Made by a program: the position numbers and the translations under genes. Of a DNA stretch of 64,000 nt, positions 36,087 to 47,385 are shown one piece after another (position 1 is the stretch's first letter; every line of letters begins with the position of its first letter). The DNA is from Octopus vulgaris (Eukaryota): positions 91,326,001-91,390,000 of the forward strand of contig OX597823.1 in the NCBI GenBank assembly GCA_951406725.2, read 5' to 3'. Under the pieces are notes generated by a model. The model was given only the letters and a program-made list of their open reading frames with translations. It searched no databases and had not been told where the DNA came from.

Positions 36087-36551
36087 TTTGAATTTCTTCT
36101 TGCCGGTGGCAAGTAAAAACCACCAACTGATCGTGGTCATTGCCAGTCCTCTCCGGCCCCTATGCTGGTGGCATGTAAAAAGCACTCACTACACTCTCAG
36201 AGTGGCAGGCATTAGGGAAAACATCTAGCTGTAGAAACACTGCCAGATCAGAATGGAGCCTGGTGCAGCCTCCTGGTTTCCGAGACCCCAGTCGAACTGT
36301 CCAACCTATGCCAGCATGGAAAACGGACGTTAAACGATGATGATGATGATTATGAGTTGAGATTTTTGCCTTGCCTTAATGTTTGACGTCATGTTTAGCA
36401 ATTATATATCTGCTGCATTGCAAATCTACAATGGTCCCATAACTACCATCTCGGCTATTATCTTGGAGACCCAGTAATCTGTTACAGCAATTACCTAGCG
36501 TACCTGATTATTTACATCACCTGTGAACTAAACCTCCATACTTTGTGTGTG

Positions 36552-36645
<94 letters not shown>

Positions 36646-36649
36646 CGAT

Positions 36650-38428
36650 ATAAATAATTGACCTTCAATAAATTTCATTCAATGAAATAATTTCCATTAT
36701 TACTAATGACCTTTGCCCATCTATCAGGCAATTTAAATATTCCATCAGCATAAAATTTGACTGATTTTTAAAGAAAAAATTAATCTCGATGCATTTTGAC
36801 TCCATCTAAATCGTTAAATGCGTTTTCATGCAATGAGTTCTGAAGAGACAAAAACAAGTGGTAGTTGGATGGTGCAATATCAGGAGAATATGGTGGAAGG
36901 GGTAAGAGATCCCAGCCAACTTCATGTAACTTTGTCTGGGTAGCCAAAGATACATGTTGTCAAGTATTTTCTTGTTGGAACACTACACCTTTCTTGTTGG
37001 CAATCTTTGGCCTCAATTCTTTAACTTTTTGGTTCAAATTAGCCAGCTGACAACAGTACACACCAGAATTAATGGTCTGGTTTTGTGGGAGAAGCTCATA
37101 ATAAATAATGCCTTTATGATCCCACCAAACTCAAAGCATAGCTTTTGTGGCATGGATATTCATCTTTGGTTGCTGTTTTAGGTGTTCATTACACAAACTC
37201 CAGGATCTTTTTCACACTATGTTTTCATTTACGATCTATTTTTCATCTCTAGTCACAAGTTGTCTAAAAAAAGGCATACTTTCATTCCATTCCAAAAGTA
37301 TATCACAAACGGAATACTGGTCCAAGCAATTCTTTTCTGAGAGTTTGTGAGGAACCCATACATTATAGTGAGAAATGTATCCTAGCTTCACTAGGTGTTC
37401 ACGTGCCATACCTTTAGAAACTTCCAACTCCTCTGCAAGTTCTCTAGTCATGATATTTGAATTTTCTTTGATTTTTGCCTTCAAAACATCTTCATCCAAT
37501 TTTGAAGGTCTTCCACTGTGACTGCCATTTTTCAAGCTAAATTCTCCAGTTTAGAATTTTTCCAACCACCTTTGAACCATTGATTCACCTACAGCGTCAT
37601 CATCACCATAAACCTCTCAAATGCTTTTGCAAGTCTTTGCAGCATTTTCTCCTTTAAGAAAAGACTTACAATGCGAATATGAAATTTTTGGTTGTCTATT
37701 TTGAATGTCAATAAAAAACGTAACCAGAATGAAAGATAAATCTGTTTTTAATCAGGAACAAAGATGAGATGCACTACCATTTCAAATAATGCCAAAGTTT
37801 TAACTACGAGGGTAAATCAAAAATTAATGCCATTTTGTTTAGGACAGGTATAATTACCAACACAAGAACATGTATGATACACCAAAATGAAGTTTATTAT
37901 GAGTTTAGTGTTTTTCCTTTTGACAAGAAGTCGACCAGAATGATACCTTGAGCATCCCAAAAAACATGATTTTTCCACCTGACTTTGTGCCTTGAATATT
38001 TTCGGTGGTGATGATGTAGAGTGGTGCCATTCCATTGACTGCCTCTTTGATTCCAGTTCATAATGATGAAATTATGTTTCATCACCTGTTATGAGACTTC
38101 GAAAGGTGTTGTCTCTTTCACTTTGTAGTGAAGAAGTGGCTCAAAGAACAGTCAACAGAATTTTACAGAGCAGGGATACATGCTCTCATTTGAAGGTGGA
38201 ATATTGCTATTGAGAGAGATAGTTACTATGTTAAGAAGTTGGGATGTGACCCACAGAGTACCAGCTTCATTTTGATGTATGAAACATGTTCCTGTGTTGG
38301 TAATTATACCTGTCCTAAACAAAATGGCATTAAGTTTTGAATCATCCTTGTATTTTACCTTTCAGGTGCGTTCAATGAAGTGTTAAAACATTTAGCTTAA
38401 AATGCTCAGAACTTTCCGGACAACCTAA
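36650..38428 (-). mobile_element. Decayed mariner (DD34D) element, ~1.25 kb plus a nested 544-bp insert
   Basis: 5' TIR ta-ttaggttgtccggaaagttc (38409-38430, minus strand). Pseudo-ORF ~37700 to 36675 has SGRPSKLD, VWVPHKL, LVTRDEK, PPYSPDIAPSNYHLF and LPDRWAKVISNNGNYFIE*. Confidence 0.9.
37807..38350. mobile_element. mariner-derived MITE with ~86-bp TIRs, nested in the 5' UTR of the 36650-38428 mariner
   Basis: ta-cgagggtaaatcaaaaattaatgccattttgtttaggacagg... and ...cctgtcctaaacaaaatggcattaagttttgaatcatccttg-ta. Internal transposase scraps lie on both strands. Confidence 0.9.
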
Positions 38429-39500
38429 TATATGAATAAATAATTCTATAGCTAAGAAGCTGGCTGTCAAACCATATGATACTGGGTTCCATTCCCCTAC
38501 GTCATACCTTGAGCAGGTGTCATACTACAGCCCCAGACCAGACAAAGCCTTGTGCATGGATTCGGGAGATGGAGACTGAAAGAAGCCTGTCGTGTGTGCA
38601 TGTGTGTGTTTCCTTTATTGATGTAACATGATAGTTGTAAACGAGTGTCACTGTTAAAAAGAGCTGTGCCATTTATTTCCAATGCTCTGCAAAAACATGT
38701 CTGGCCATGAGGAAATATTAACTCCTTTGGAAACAGGTGAAGGTTGGTGACAGGAAGAGCATCCCCCCATAGGAAATTTGAATCAATAAATTCTATGCAA
38801 GAATAGAAAAGTGGATTTTAAATGATGATGATGATGATGATTATGTGTATATGGATACATGTGCACACACATCCCCCATCTCCCTCTCACTCTCTCTCTC
38901 TCTATATATATATATATATGTATGTATATGTATACATACACACATTGTTGTCGTGTAACCTTTGTCGGATGCACCATGCAATAATTATTCAGCTTGATGA
39001 TTATTACACAGGTCTTTATTAAGTAAAATAATTACTCAATTAAATATTTAATTAATTGATTATTTTGCTATTAGAATCAAAAGTGTTTTGGTCACACTTC
39101 TGTGACCTTCCTACACATCTCTAACGCATCTGTCTGTGACAAAAGACTTTGAAAGAGATAACAAACTAATTAATTAATTCAATAATAACGAAGTAGTGAG
39201 TAGCTACAATCAGTGTTTTTTGATTGGTAGAAATAATGGTTTTCACAATACAACGATATCTCTTTTGTAACGATATACTGTTTGAGATAAAGCAATCTTG
39301 ATAGTTTATATAAGGTCATGTGAGTATTTGTGTGTCTAAGCTGCAGGGTGGTGTATCTGTGTGCATGTATGTGTCTGTGCATGTGTGTGTGTCTGTGTGT
39401 GTGTGTGTGTATATATATATATAGTTGGAATTTAGAAAAAAGCAAACAAAACAAAAGGCCAAGATGGCTGTATTAGTTTAACGCTTGAGAAGTGAGAAAG

Positions 39501-39538
39501 TCTTTTACATTTCGAACCTAGGCTCTTCAGCAGAAAGA
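39501..39538 (-). ncRNA. Minimal hammerhead-like motif in a ~180-bp repeat (39425-39605)
   Basis: Minus strand reads tcttt-CTGCTGA-a-gagc-ctag-gttc-GAAA-tg-TA-aaaga. Stem I (tcttt/aaaga) is perfect, and there is one core deviation. Confidence 0.5.
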
Positions 39539-39622
39539 AACACAAATAAACAGAGAGAGAAAATATAAAAAAGGTTTAGCGTCTAGTGATCAATCATGGC
39601 AGATCATATGTATGTGTATACA

Positions 39623-39950
39623 TAGGTGCAGGAGTGGCTGTGTGGTAAGTAGCTTGCTTACCAACCACATGGTTCCGGGTTCAGTCTCACTGTGTGGCAC
39701 TTTGGGCAAGTATCTTCTATTATAGCCATGGGCTAACCAAAGCTTTGTGAGTGGACTTGGTAGATGGAAACTGAAAGAAGCCCGTCATATATATGTGTGT
39801 GTGTGTGTGGTGTTTATGTCCCTGTAAAGGACTGATAGAATAAGTACAGACTTACAAAGAATAAGTCCTGGGGTCTATTTGTTCAACTAAAAGCAGTGCC
39901 CCAGCGTGGCCTCAGTCAAATGACTGAAACAAATTAAAGAATAAAAGAAA
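39623..39950 (+). mobile_element. SINE family A copy
   Basis: aggtgcaggagtggctgtgtggtaagtagcttgcttaccaaccacatggttccgggttcagtc...aaatgactgaaac. Other copies lie at 7839-8075 (+), 28427-28655 (-), 28948-29100 (-), 41795-42040 (-), 42206-42605 (-), 53177-53615 (+), 55078-55201 (+), 58925-59147 (-) and 62745-63137 (-). Confidence 0.85.
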
Positions 39951-40021
39951 GAAGATATATATTTACATCTATCTATATTTATATATATGTATATATGTGT
40001 ATATAAATATATATAAGTATG

Positions 40022-40088
<67 letters not shown>

Positions 40089-40362
40089 TATATATATATT
40101 ATATATATATATATATGTATAAATATGTATATACATGTATACATACATACACATATATCGGTGGCACATAAAAAGCACCCACTACACTCACGGAGTGGTT
40201 GGCGTTAGGAAGGGCATCAAGCTGTAGAAACACTGCCAGATCAGACTGGAGCCTGGTGCAGCCTCCTGGTTTCCCAGACCCTGGTCGAACCTTCCAACCC
40301 GTGCTAGCATGGAAAACAGATGTTAAACGATGATGATGATGATGATGATATTTATATATATA

Positions 40363-41659
40363 CTAGCTGGTGAACCTGGTAATTACCGGGGATAAAGATG
40401 TTCTATTGAAACGCCTTATTACTATGATATAAGAAAGCAATTTCATTATAACTGCCATAAAAGTATACAAAAACTGTCAGCTGGAGGAGGGAGAGATTGT
40501 TGTAGGCTGGTGAGAGAGATTGTCGGAGTTTGGCAATAGAGGTTCTCGGAGGTTAGCAAGAGAGTTTGTCGGAGTTTGAGTAGAGAAGTTGTTGGAGGTT
40601 GGTGAGAGGGGTTGCCATTCACAGAAAAACTATTGTTTTACCGTGAGAAAAGCAATGTTGAAGCATTAAGTGAAATTTGGGAATCAAGGATCGAATCCAC
40701 GCTATGCCTGCATGAAGCAACTACAAATACATTGTGGAAAAATAATTTATTTACTCTCATGGAGAAAGTATAACTGTAAAACTGCACAATTATTGGAGTA
40801 ATGGGCATTCAGAAAAGGATGTATATATAGAAATGTATGAATGAAGAGATTCAAATTAAGGAAGTGCAATAATAATGTTTAGCAGTTCGAAACTGTGAGT
40901 AGTGAAATGCAGAATTAGGTCGGCTGATCATGAGAAACATATATTGATCACATCGCTAAAAACTGCAGGTGGTGTGGGTTATTTCCCTTGGGTTGCTTAA
41001 ATAAAGTATTAGTTATATGAAGTAGATAGGAGGATACATTGGATGGGCCCTATTATCGATTCTTTTCAACAATCTAAGTGTGTCACGAGCTTTCCAAACA
41101 TGAGTTCTACTCACGTGTCAAATAAAGTAAGAAAGTGATATTGTCTGCAAAAATTAGAAATTGGACACAAAAAAATCAATATTTAAAGTAATCAAAAGTA
41201 AACAATGGAATGGGTTATTTCCTTTGAGTGTTTAAAAAAATATTGTGCAGTGGTATGGGTTTTTTTCCCTTGGGAATGTTAAAAAATAGTTATATGAGGT
41301 AGATATAAAGGTTCCTTCCAGGGGCCGTATTATCAATTTTTTCAACAATCTAAGTATGTCAAAAGGTTTCCAAACATGAGTTCTACTCATGTGTCAAGTT
41401 TCATCAAAATCAATAAAACGATGTAGGAAGAGTTAGATAACATTGCCACAAACAAACACACACCGATTTTCCACAGTTATTTGCAGACACAGTTCCTCAA
41501 AGAGTGGGTGTATATCTTAGTTACATAATAAGTGCTTAATGAAATGTCTATATTTTCTTAAAGTCTCTGATTAAAAACTTTAGCATACTTCAGTGCTGCA
41601 CTTATGTATTTTACAACCATTGATGATATAATAGCAAGCATTTTCTTTTAATAAAGAGA
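40363..41659 (-). mobile_element. Non-autonomous Helitron (~1.3 kb), minus strand
   Basis: Minus-strand 3' end cccggtaattaccagg hairpin, then ttcaccagCTAG|T. gattttgatgaaacttgacac (41391-41411) matches gattctgatgaaacttgacac at 11547-11567. The putative 5' end A|TCTCTTTATTAAAAG at 41659 is less certain. Confidence 0.75.
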
Positions 41660-42645
41660 TACAACCTGATAATTTACAGGCACTTCTCTTTCTGATTCTT
41701 TGAAGAGAAAACGCATGATCTTGATATCTTTGATATTCTATATTGCACATGCCTTATTAATGATATTTCCATCAAGTGAAATCTCTATGTGGTATTCATT
41801 TATTCTTTTATTTGTTTCAGTCATTTCCATGCGACCATGCTGGAGCACCACATTTAGTCAAGCAAATCGACTCCAGGACTTATTCTTTGTAAGCCTAGTA
41901 CTTATGTCAAACTGCTGAGTTATGGAAATGTAAACACACCAACATTGGTTGTCAAGTGACGGTGGGGGGGACAAACGCAGAAACACAAACAAACACACAC
42001 AGACACACAGTTTCCATCTACCAAATCCACTCACAAAGCTTATATATATATATACACACAAGAACTCACAGGGACAAGTATGTGTAAGAACAAGAGTATA
42101 AGCACGTGGATGCCTTTATAAACTTTTATTGCCTACTTTTATTCATTATCCCTCTTCTTAATCCTGTTGTAGTTTGCCCACTTGTAAAAACCAGAGGCTG
42201 ATGTCTTTTACTCTTTTACCTGTTTCAGTCATTTGACTTTGGTCATGCTGGAGCACAGCCTTTAGTTGAGCAAATTGACCCCAGGACTTATTCTTTGCAA
42301 GCCTAGTACTTATTCTGTTCATCTCTTTTGCCGAACCGCTAAGTTATGGGGACGTAAACACACCACCATCAGTTGTCAAGTGATGTTGTGGGGTACAAAC
42401 ACAGACACACAAACTTACACACACACATACATATATATATATACATATATACAACAGGCTTCTTTAAGTTTCCAACTACCAAATCCACTCACAAGGCTTT
42501 GGTCAGCCCGAGGCTATAGTAGAAGACTCTTGTCTAAGGTGTCACACAGTGGGAATGAACCTGAAACCATGTGGTTGGGAAGCAAGCTACTTACCACACA
42601 GCCATGAAATGTCTGGAATCATGGACAGAATGGAAAAAAAACATA

Positions 42646-42704
<59 letters not shown>

Positions 42705-43479
42705 ATATTAGATGTAATATACATGTATATATATATATATTAGATGACCACACATAATTTAGATTGAAAGCATAGCAATGGTTAGTTGAAGATCTGGAGT
42801 GACACAAAAGGAATTAAGAGGAATGGGGAGGAGACCAATTCAAAATGACAGAGGATAATTTGCACCCAACAAGCAATTAAAACATGGCTATCAGCTTTTT
42901 GTGTTGTATGTATCAATTCTACTTTCTGATTCAAGATGCTTACCCAATGTATCATGTTTGTCGTTTATAAAGTTTTGCCATCAAAACTGACACCAGTTTC
43001 ATAAATATTTTATTAGGAAGCGAAATAGCCTGCTTTCTAAACTAATAGTTTCATCCGTTGTGGTTTTATTACTTATAAATAAGAAGTAATTCTTTGAAAG
43101 ATTTGATATATTATGACTTATTATATTTATGGTGCTGCTTTATGTGATGGTTATATTAGTTGCCATCTGATCTGCAGAATTGGGAAGTCAGGACTTATCT
43201 TAACAAAATTAGAAATCCAGAGAACCAATATATATATATATACTATATAATATTGGTTGGCTGACCATGTGGTTAGATGGTAGGAAATGGTTACTGACAA
43301 TGGTTTTATGAAGCATATAGGGCACAGGTGTGAGCTGTGTGGTAAGGAGTTTCCTTCCCAAATACATGACTCATTAGTTCAGTCTTATAGTATGGTTCCT
43401 TGTCAAATATCTTTTACTGTAGACCCAGGCTGGCCAAAGATCTGTGAGTGGATTTGATGGGTGGAAAGTGAAAGAAGTT

Positions 43480-43579
43480 CATCATCATCATCACCATCAT
43501 CACCATCATCATCACCATCATCACTATCACCATCATCATCACCATCATTGTCATCACCATCATCGTCATCACCACCAGC

Positions 43580-43610
<31 letters not shown>

Positions 43611-43687
43611 CAACCACCACCACCACCACCACCACCACCACCACCACAACCACCACCACCACCACCACCACCACCACCACCACCACC

Positions 43688-43721
<34 letters not shown>

Positions 43722-43727
43722 TCATCA
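43480..43727. repeat. (CAT)n/(CAC)n trinucleotide microsatellite, an expanded RTE tail lying inside a SINE
   Basis: Direct inspection. An RTE 3' end follows at 43727-43915, the SINE head is at 43325-43478 and the SINE body resumes at ~43920. Confidence 0.9.
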
Positions 43728-44164
43728 TTTAATGTCTGTTTTTGATGCTGGCATAAGTTGGACAGTTCAACAGGAGCTGGGGAGCTGGCATGGTCAGAGA
43801 CCTGCACTAGGCTCCAGTTGTCTGTCTTGACATGGTTCCTGTCACTGGATGACCAGAGCGTACTGGGTGCTTTATATGTGGTGCGGACACAGGTGCTTTT
43901 TATGTGGTACCGACACAGATATGTGCATGTGTGTTGCTGTCTCCTTGTCTTGACATCACTTGATAAATATAAGAGGATGCCACCATCAAGCAATATCCTT
44001 CTTTCCAATCTTCCAAGGCATGTCTGGTCATCTTACTTGAGAACAGGCAAGGGTCGATGACAGGGAAGGCATCCCATCTGGCTGTAGAAGTATCTGCCTC
44101 AACAAATTGTGTCCAGTTCATGCGAGCATGGAAAAGTGGACATTAAAACGGCTTTGTGTCCCCA

Positions 44165-44535
44165 AAGTCTATCCCCTCTTCACCGTGGTGAGGACGCCGG
44201 CAACAGGTAGTGTCAGAGCTATGCCATCGGGAATTTCGGTTCCTGGTAGGGCCACCCAAGGTGGATTGGTCTGACACCGAGTGGTATTAGGGCCACAACC
44301 CAGCAGACGGGGCTCTGGTGAAAATCCTCGGAGTGTCTGCTTCGGCAACCGGTGGCTCCTCGGTCGTTCTGTCCCTGCATTTGCGGACAATCTGCGGCAA
44401 ACAGGATGTCTCCACATGCAGGATTGTTGGGGACTGCTTGTGAAATCCACATATTCCCACGAAACTTCTTCCAAGAGTAGAAGAAGCCGACTCAACCCGC
44501 CCAGGGTGAATGTCACCACAAGTACAAGTAGGTAG
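44165..44535 (+). mobile_element. GC-rich 5' UTR-like fragment of an RTE-type LINE
   Basis: gagctatgcc...cctggtagggccacccaaggtggattggtc resembles, from recall, the gagctatg..cctggtaggg..ccca.gg motif at the 5' end of RTE/Expander elements. No ORF is retained. Confidence 0.45.
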
Positions 44536-45544
44536 TAAAATGGCTACAATGATAAATGATACCTATAACACCAAACACTTTTCACATCCACAGCAACTTT
44601 ATTATAGGTAGTCATTGAAACATTCACTAATTTTATAGGGCGACTAACGATTATAGCAGGAACTATTTATGACCAAAGCTGCAATGCTTTTTTAAAAGCT
44701 TTGTCCCTTTTCCATTGAAATCACAAAACTTTAATCAAATGATGAATTTTACCAATCTTTATATGACCTGTAGAATCTTCCCAAATGGATCTCTAATGCT
44801 CACATTAGTGTGCCATAGTATTATCATTCATCGTTAAAGCTGTTTAATAGGTTTGTATGGTACCCTTAGAGTATATATTATTTTTCTCTCTTTTCTGTCA
44901 CCTGCACGGAAATCTTCATTATTGTGCATTATTATAAAAGATACATAAATGGAACGGAATTGTGTGGAATATACAAAGGTTACAAAGAAACTCTATTAGG
45001 CTTATTGTAGTTGTTTTATTACCTGAAGAATTTACATTGATGCAGTGAAGTTTTAATTGATATAACCAAATAAAGGAGACTTAATAGAATATAACAAATG
45101 CCAGGACCAAACTATATAACGGAACCCAAACAAAGAAGAAAATTTATTTTTTTTTTAATTAAAAAAATACAGGCATTTGGTGATACAACAATGCATGGAA
45201 TTGAAGTAGGAGATATGTAAGTGTGTATAATGGCTTCCTTATATTACTCTCTTTTAGATTGGTTGGTAGAGAGAAAGGCAGTGAGTGCAGCACAATTAAC
45301 TGCTCTATTTCAATGTTTGTAGTCCATTGGTTGATTGTAAATATTGGTTTCAAAGGAGGAATAAATTGATTACACCGACCCCCAGTGCTTGACTTCAAAA
45401 CGATGAATGACAAAATCAACCTTGGTGGAATTTGAACTTAGAATGTAAAAATGAATGAAATAATGTTCAACATTCTGCCTGGCATGCTAACAATTCTACC
45501 AGCTTGCTGCCTAAATAGCAATAACAATAATAATAATTATAATG

Positions 45545-45941
45545 GAAACTGGACATAGTCTTAATTGAGAAAGAAAACAAACTATGCTGGATCATAGATA
45601 TAGCGTGCCCAGCTGACAACAAGGTATGCAATAAGGAAGAAAGAAAAGTCGAGAGATATGACAGGTTAGCTTGGGAGATTAAGCAGTTGTGGTCGATGAA
45701 AAAGGTGGTAGTAGTACCAATTATTGTCGAAGCCCTGGGAACAGTGAGCAAAAATCTTGAGAAGTACATGGAACAAATAGGGGCTGCAATAAGGGTGGAG
45801 CACTTGCAGAAAACAGCACTGCTTGGAACTGCTTGAATACTCCAGAAGGTGCTCAAAAAATAAGAGGTGTTACCTTAGTTCACTGGTAGTGAACAGCTGA
45901 CACTGTAGTACATCTTCACAGCATTAGAAGCTGTGCAAAGG
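45545..45941 (+). pseudogene. R4/Dong-type REL endonuclease fragment + 3' UTR between (AAT)n tracts
   Basis: KLDIVLIEKENKLCWIIDIACPADNKV..KEERKVERY..L..EIKQLWSMKKVVVVPIIVEALG...LQKTALLGTA. Confidence 0.85.
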
Positions 45942-46005
45942 TAATAATAATAATAATAATAATAATAATGATAATAATAATAAGATAATAATAATAATGA
46001 TAATA

Positions 46006-46071
<66 letters not shown>

Positions 46072-46077
46072 TGCAGT

Positions 46078-46617
46078 ACCAGGCAGTGGCTCTCATGGCT
46101 GCTAATCTTAACTGATTGGAAATGTTATCATGTACATTGTTTTGTTTTGGTATAAAAGATGGCCTACAGCAAATATTCTGCTCAATACCACAGATTTACT
46201 TGTAAGTTGTTTGACTTTAACCAGTTGAGCATGTCCCTTGGTGGCTGACGATATGTACATCTCTGATCACGAGCAGAAGTAGTGGGGGAGCATCATAGTC
46301 ATGTGTTGAGAGGGATTCTTTGGGGTTTGGATAATTCACCTTTGGAAACATGGGTGTTTCGTTCAACATCCTTAAACAACCCTTATTCAGGGACCTTTCG
46401 AGTGGGATGGGTTACTCGACCTGAAGAAAATTCTAAATGGGCCCCAACTGCAAGGTCATGTGCTGTTTGTCTTGATATGAGATCACCATGTCACACACAT
46501 AAGGTTGTGATGCATGTGCCTGGTGTACCTGTATCAGACGGGTAGTCATGAGGGGTATACTGGGCTTCGTATATTTGTACCCCAGTGTCACTTTGATGGC
46601 ATGCACTGCTTTCTCTT
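46078..46617. mobile_element. Unclassified interspersed repeat embedded between (AAT)n tracts
   Basis: A complex ~540-bp segment bounded on both sides by (AAT)n, with ends gcagtg... and ...cactgc. No ORF homology recognised. Confidence 0.4.
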
Positions 46618-46924
46618 AATAATAATAATAATAATAATAATGATGATAATAATAATAAAAATAGTAACAACAACAACAATAACAATAATATTTTTAATAA
46701 TAATAATAATAATAATAATGATGATAATAATAATAAAAATAGTAACAACAACAACAATAACAATAATATTTTTAATAATAATAATAAGAAGAAGAAGAAG
46801 AAGAAGAATGCTATCACTACAACAACTACAATTACTAGTGTTATTACTAGATCTTCACATCTTTACTTTGTGTCCTCCTTAGACATCACAAACATACAAA
46901 CATATTAGAACCTCACACACAAGA

Positions 46925-47292
46925 TTCTAATCAATCATACATATGCACACACATGCACAAACACTCACAGATACACACTCAAACACACAGACATGCATGC
47001 TCAAACACACACAGATAGATACACACACACTCAAACACACGTACAGATTTGAAATGAGAAACCATTCCAAAGTTATCACACACACACACAGACACACATG
47101 CTCAAACACATATGCACACACACACACACTCAAACACACATTCAAACACACACACATTTGAATTGAAAAGCCATTCCAAAGTTATCACACATACACACGC
47201 ACAGACACACATGCTCAAACATACACACACACATACAGATACACATGCTCAAACACACACACATTTGAATTGAGAAACCATTCCAAAGTTAT

Positions 47293-47335
<43 letters not shown>

Positions 47336-47385
47336 ACACTCAAACACACACGCATTTGAATTGAGAAACCATTCCAAAGTCATTC
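46925..47385. repeat. Minisatellite: CA-rich units with a conserved core atttgaa(a/t)tgagaaaccattccaaagttatc (4 copies)
   Basis: The core occurs at ~47047, 47156, 47263 and 47354. Confidence 0.85.

Noticed and set aside
36675-37700. Domesticated SETMAR-like gene
   Set aside because: It has multiple stops and frameshifts, a TIR and no SET domain.
43403-44008. Poly-His, poly-Pro, poly-Gly and poly-Val ORFs (also poly-Ile/Asn/Met at 11215, 21827, 33401, 54087 and 57232)
   Set aside because: These are trinucleotide microsatellites open in most frames, with no coding context.
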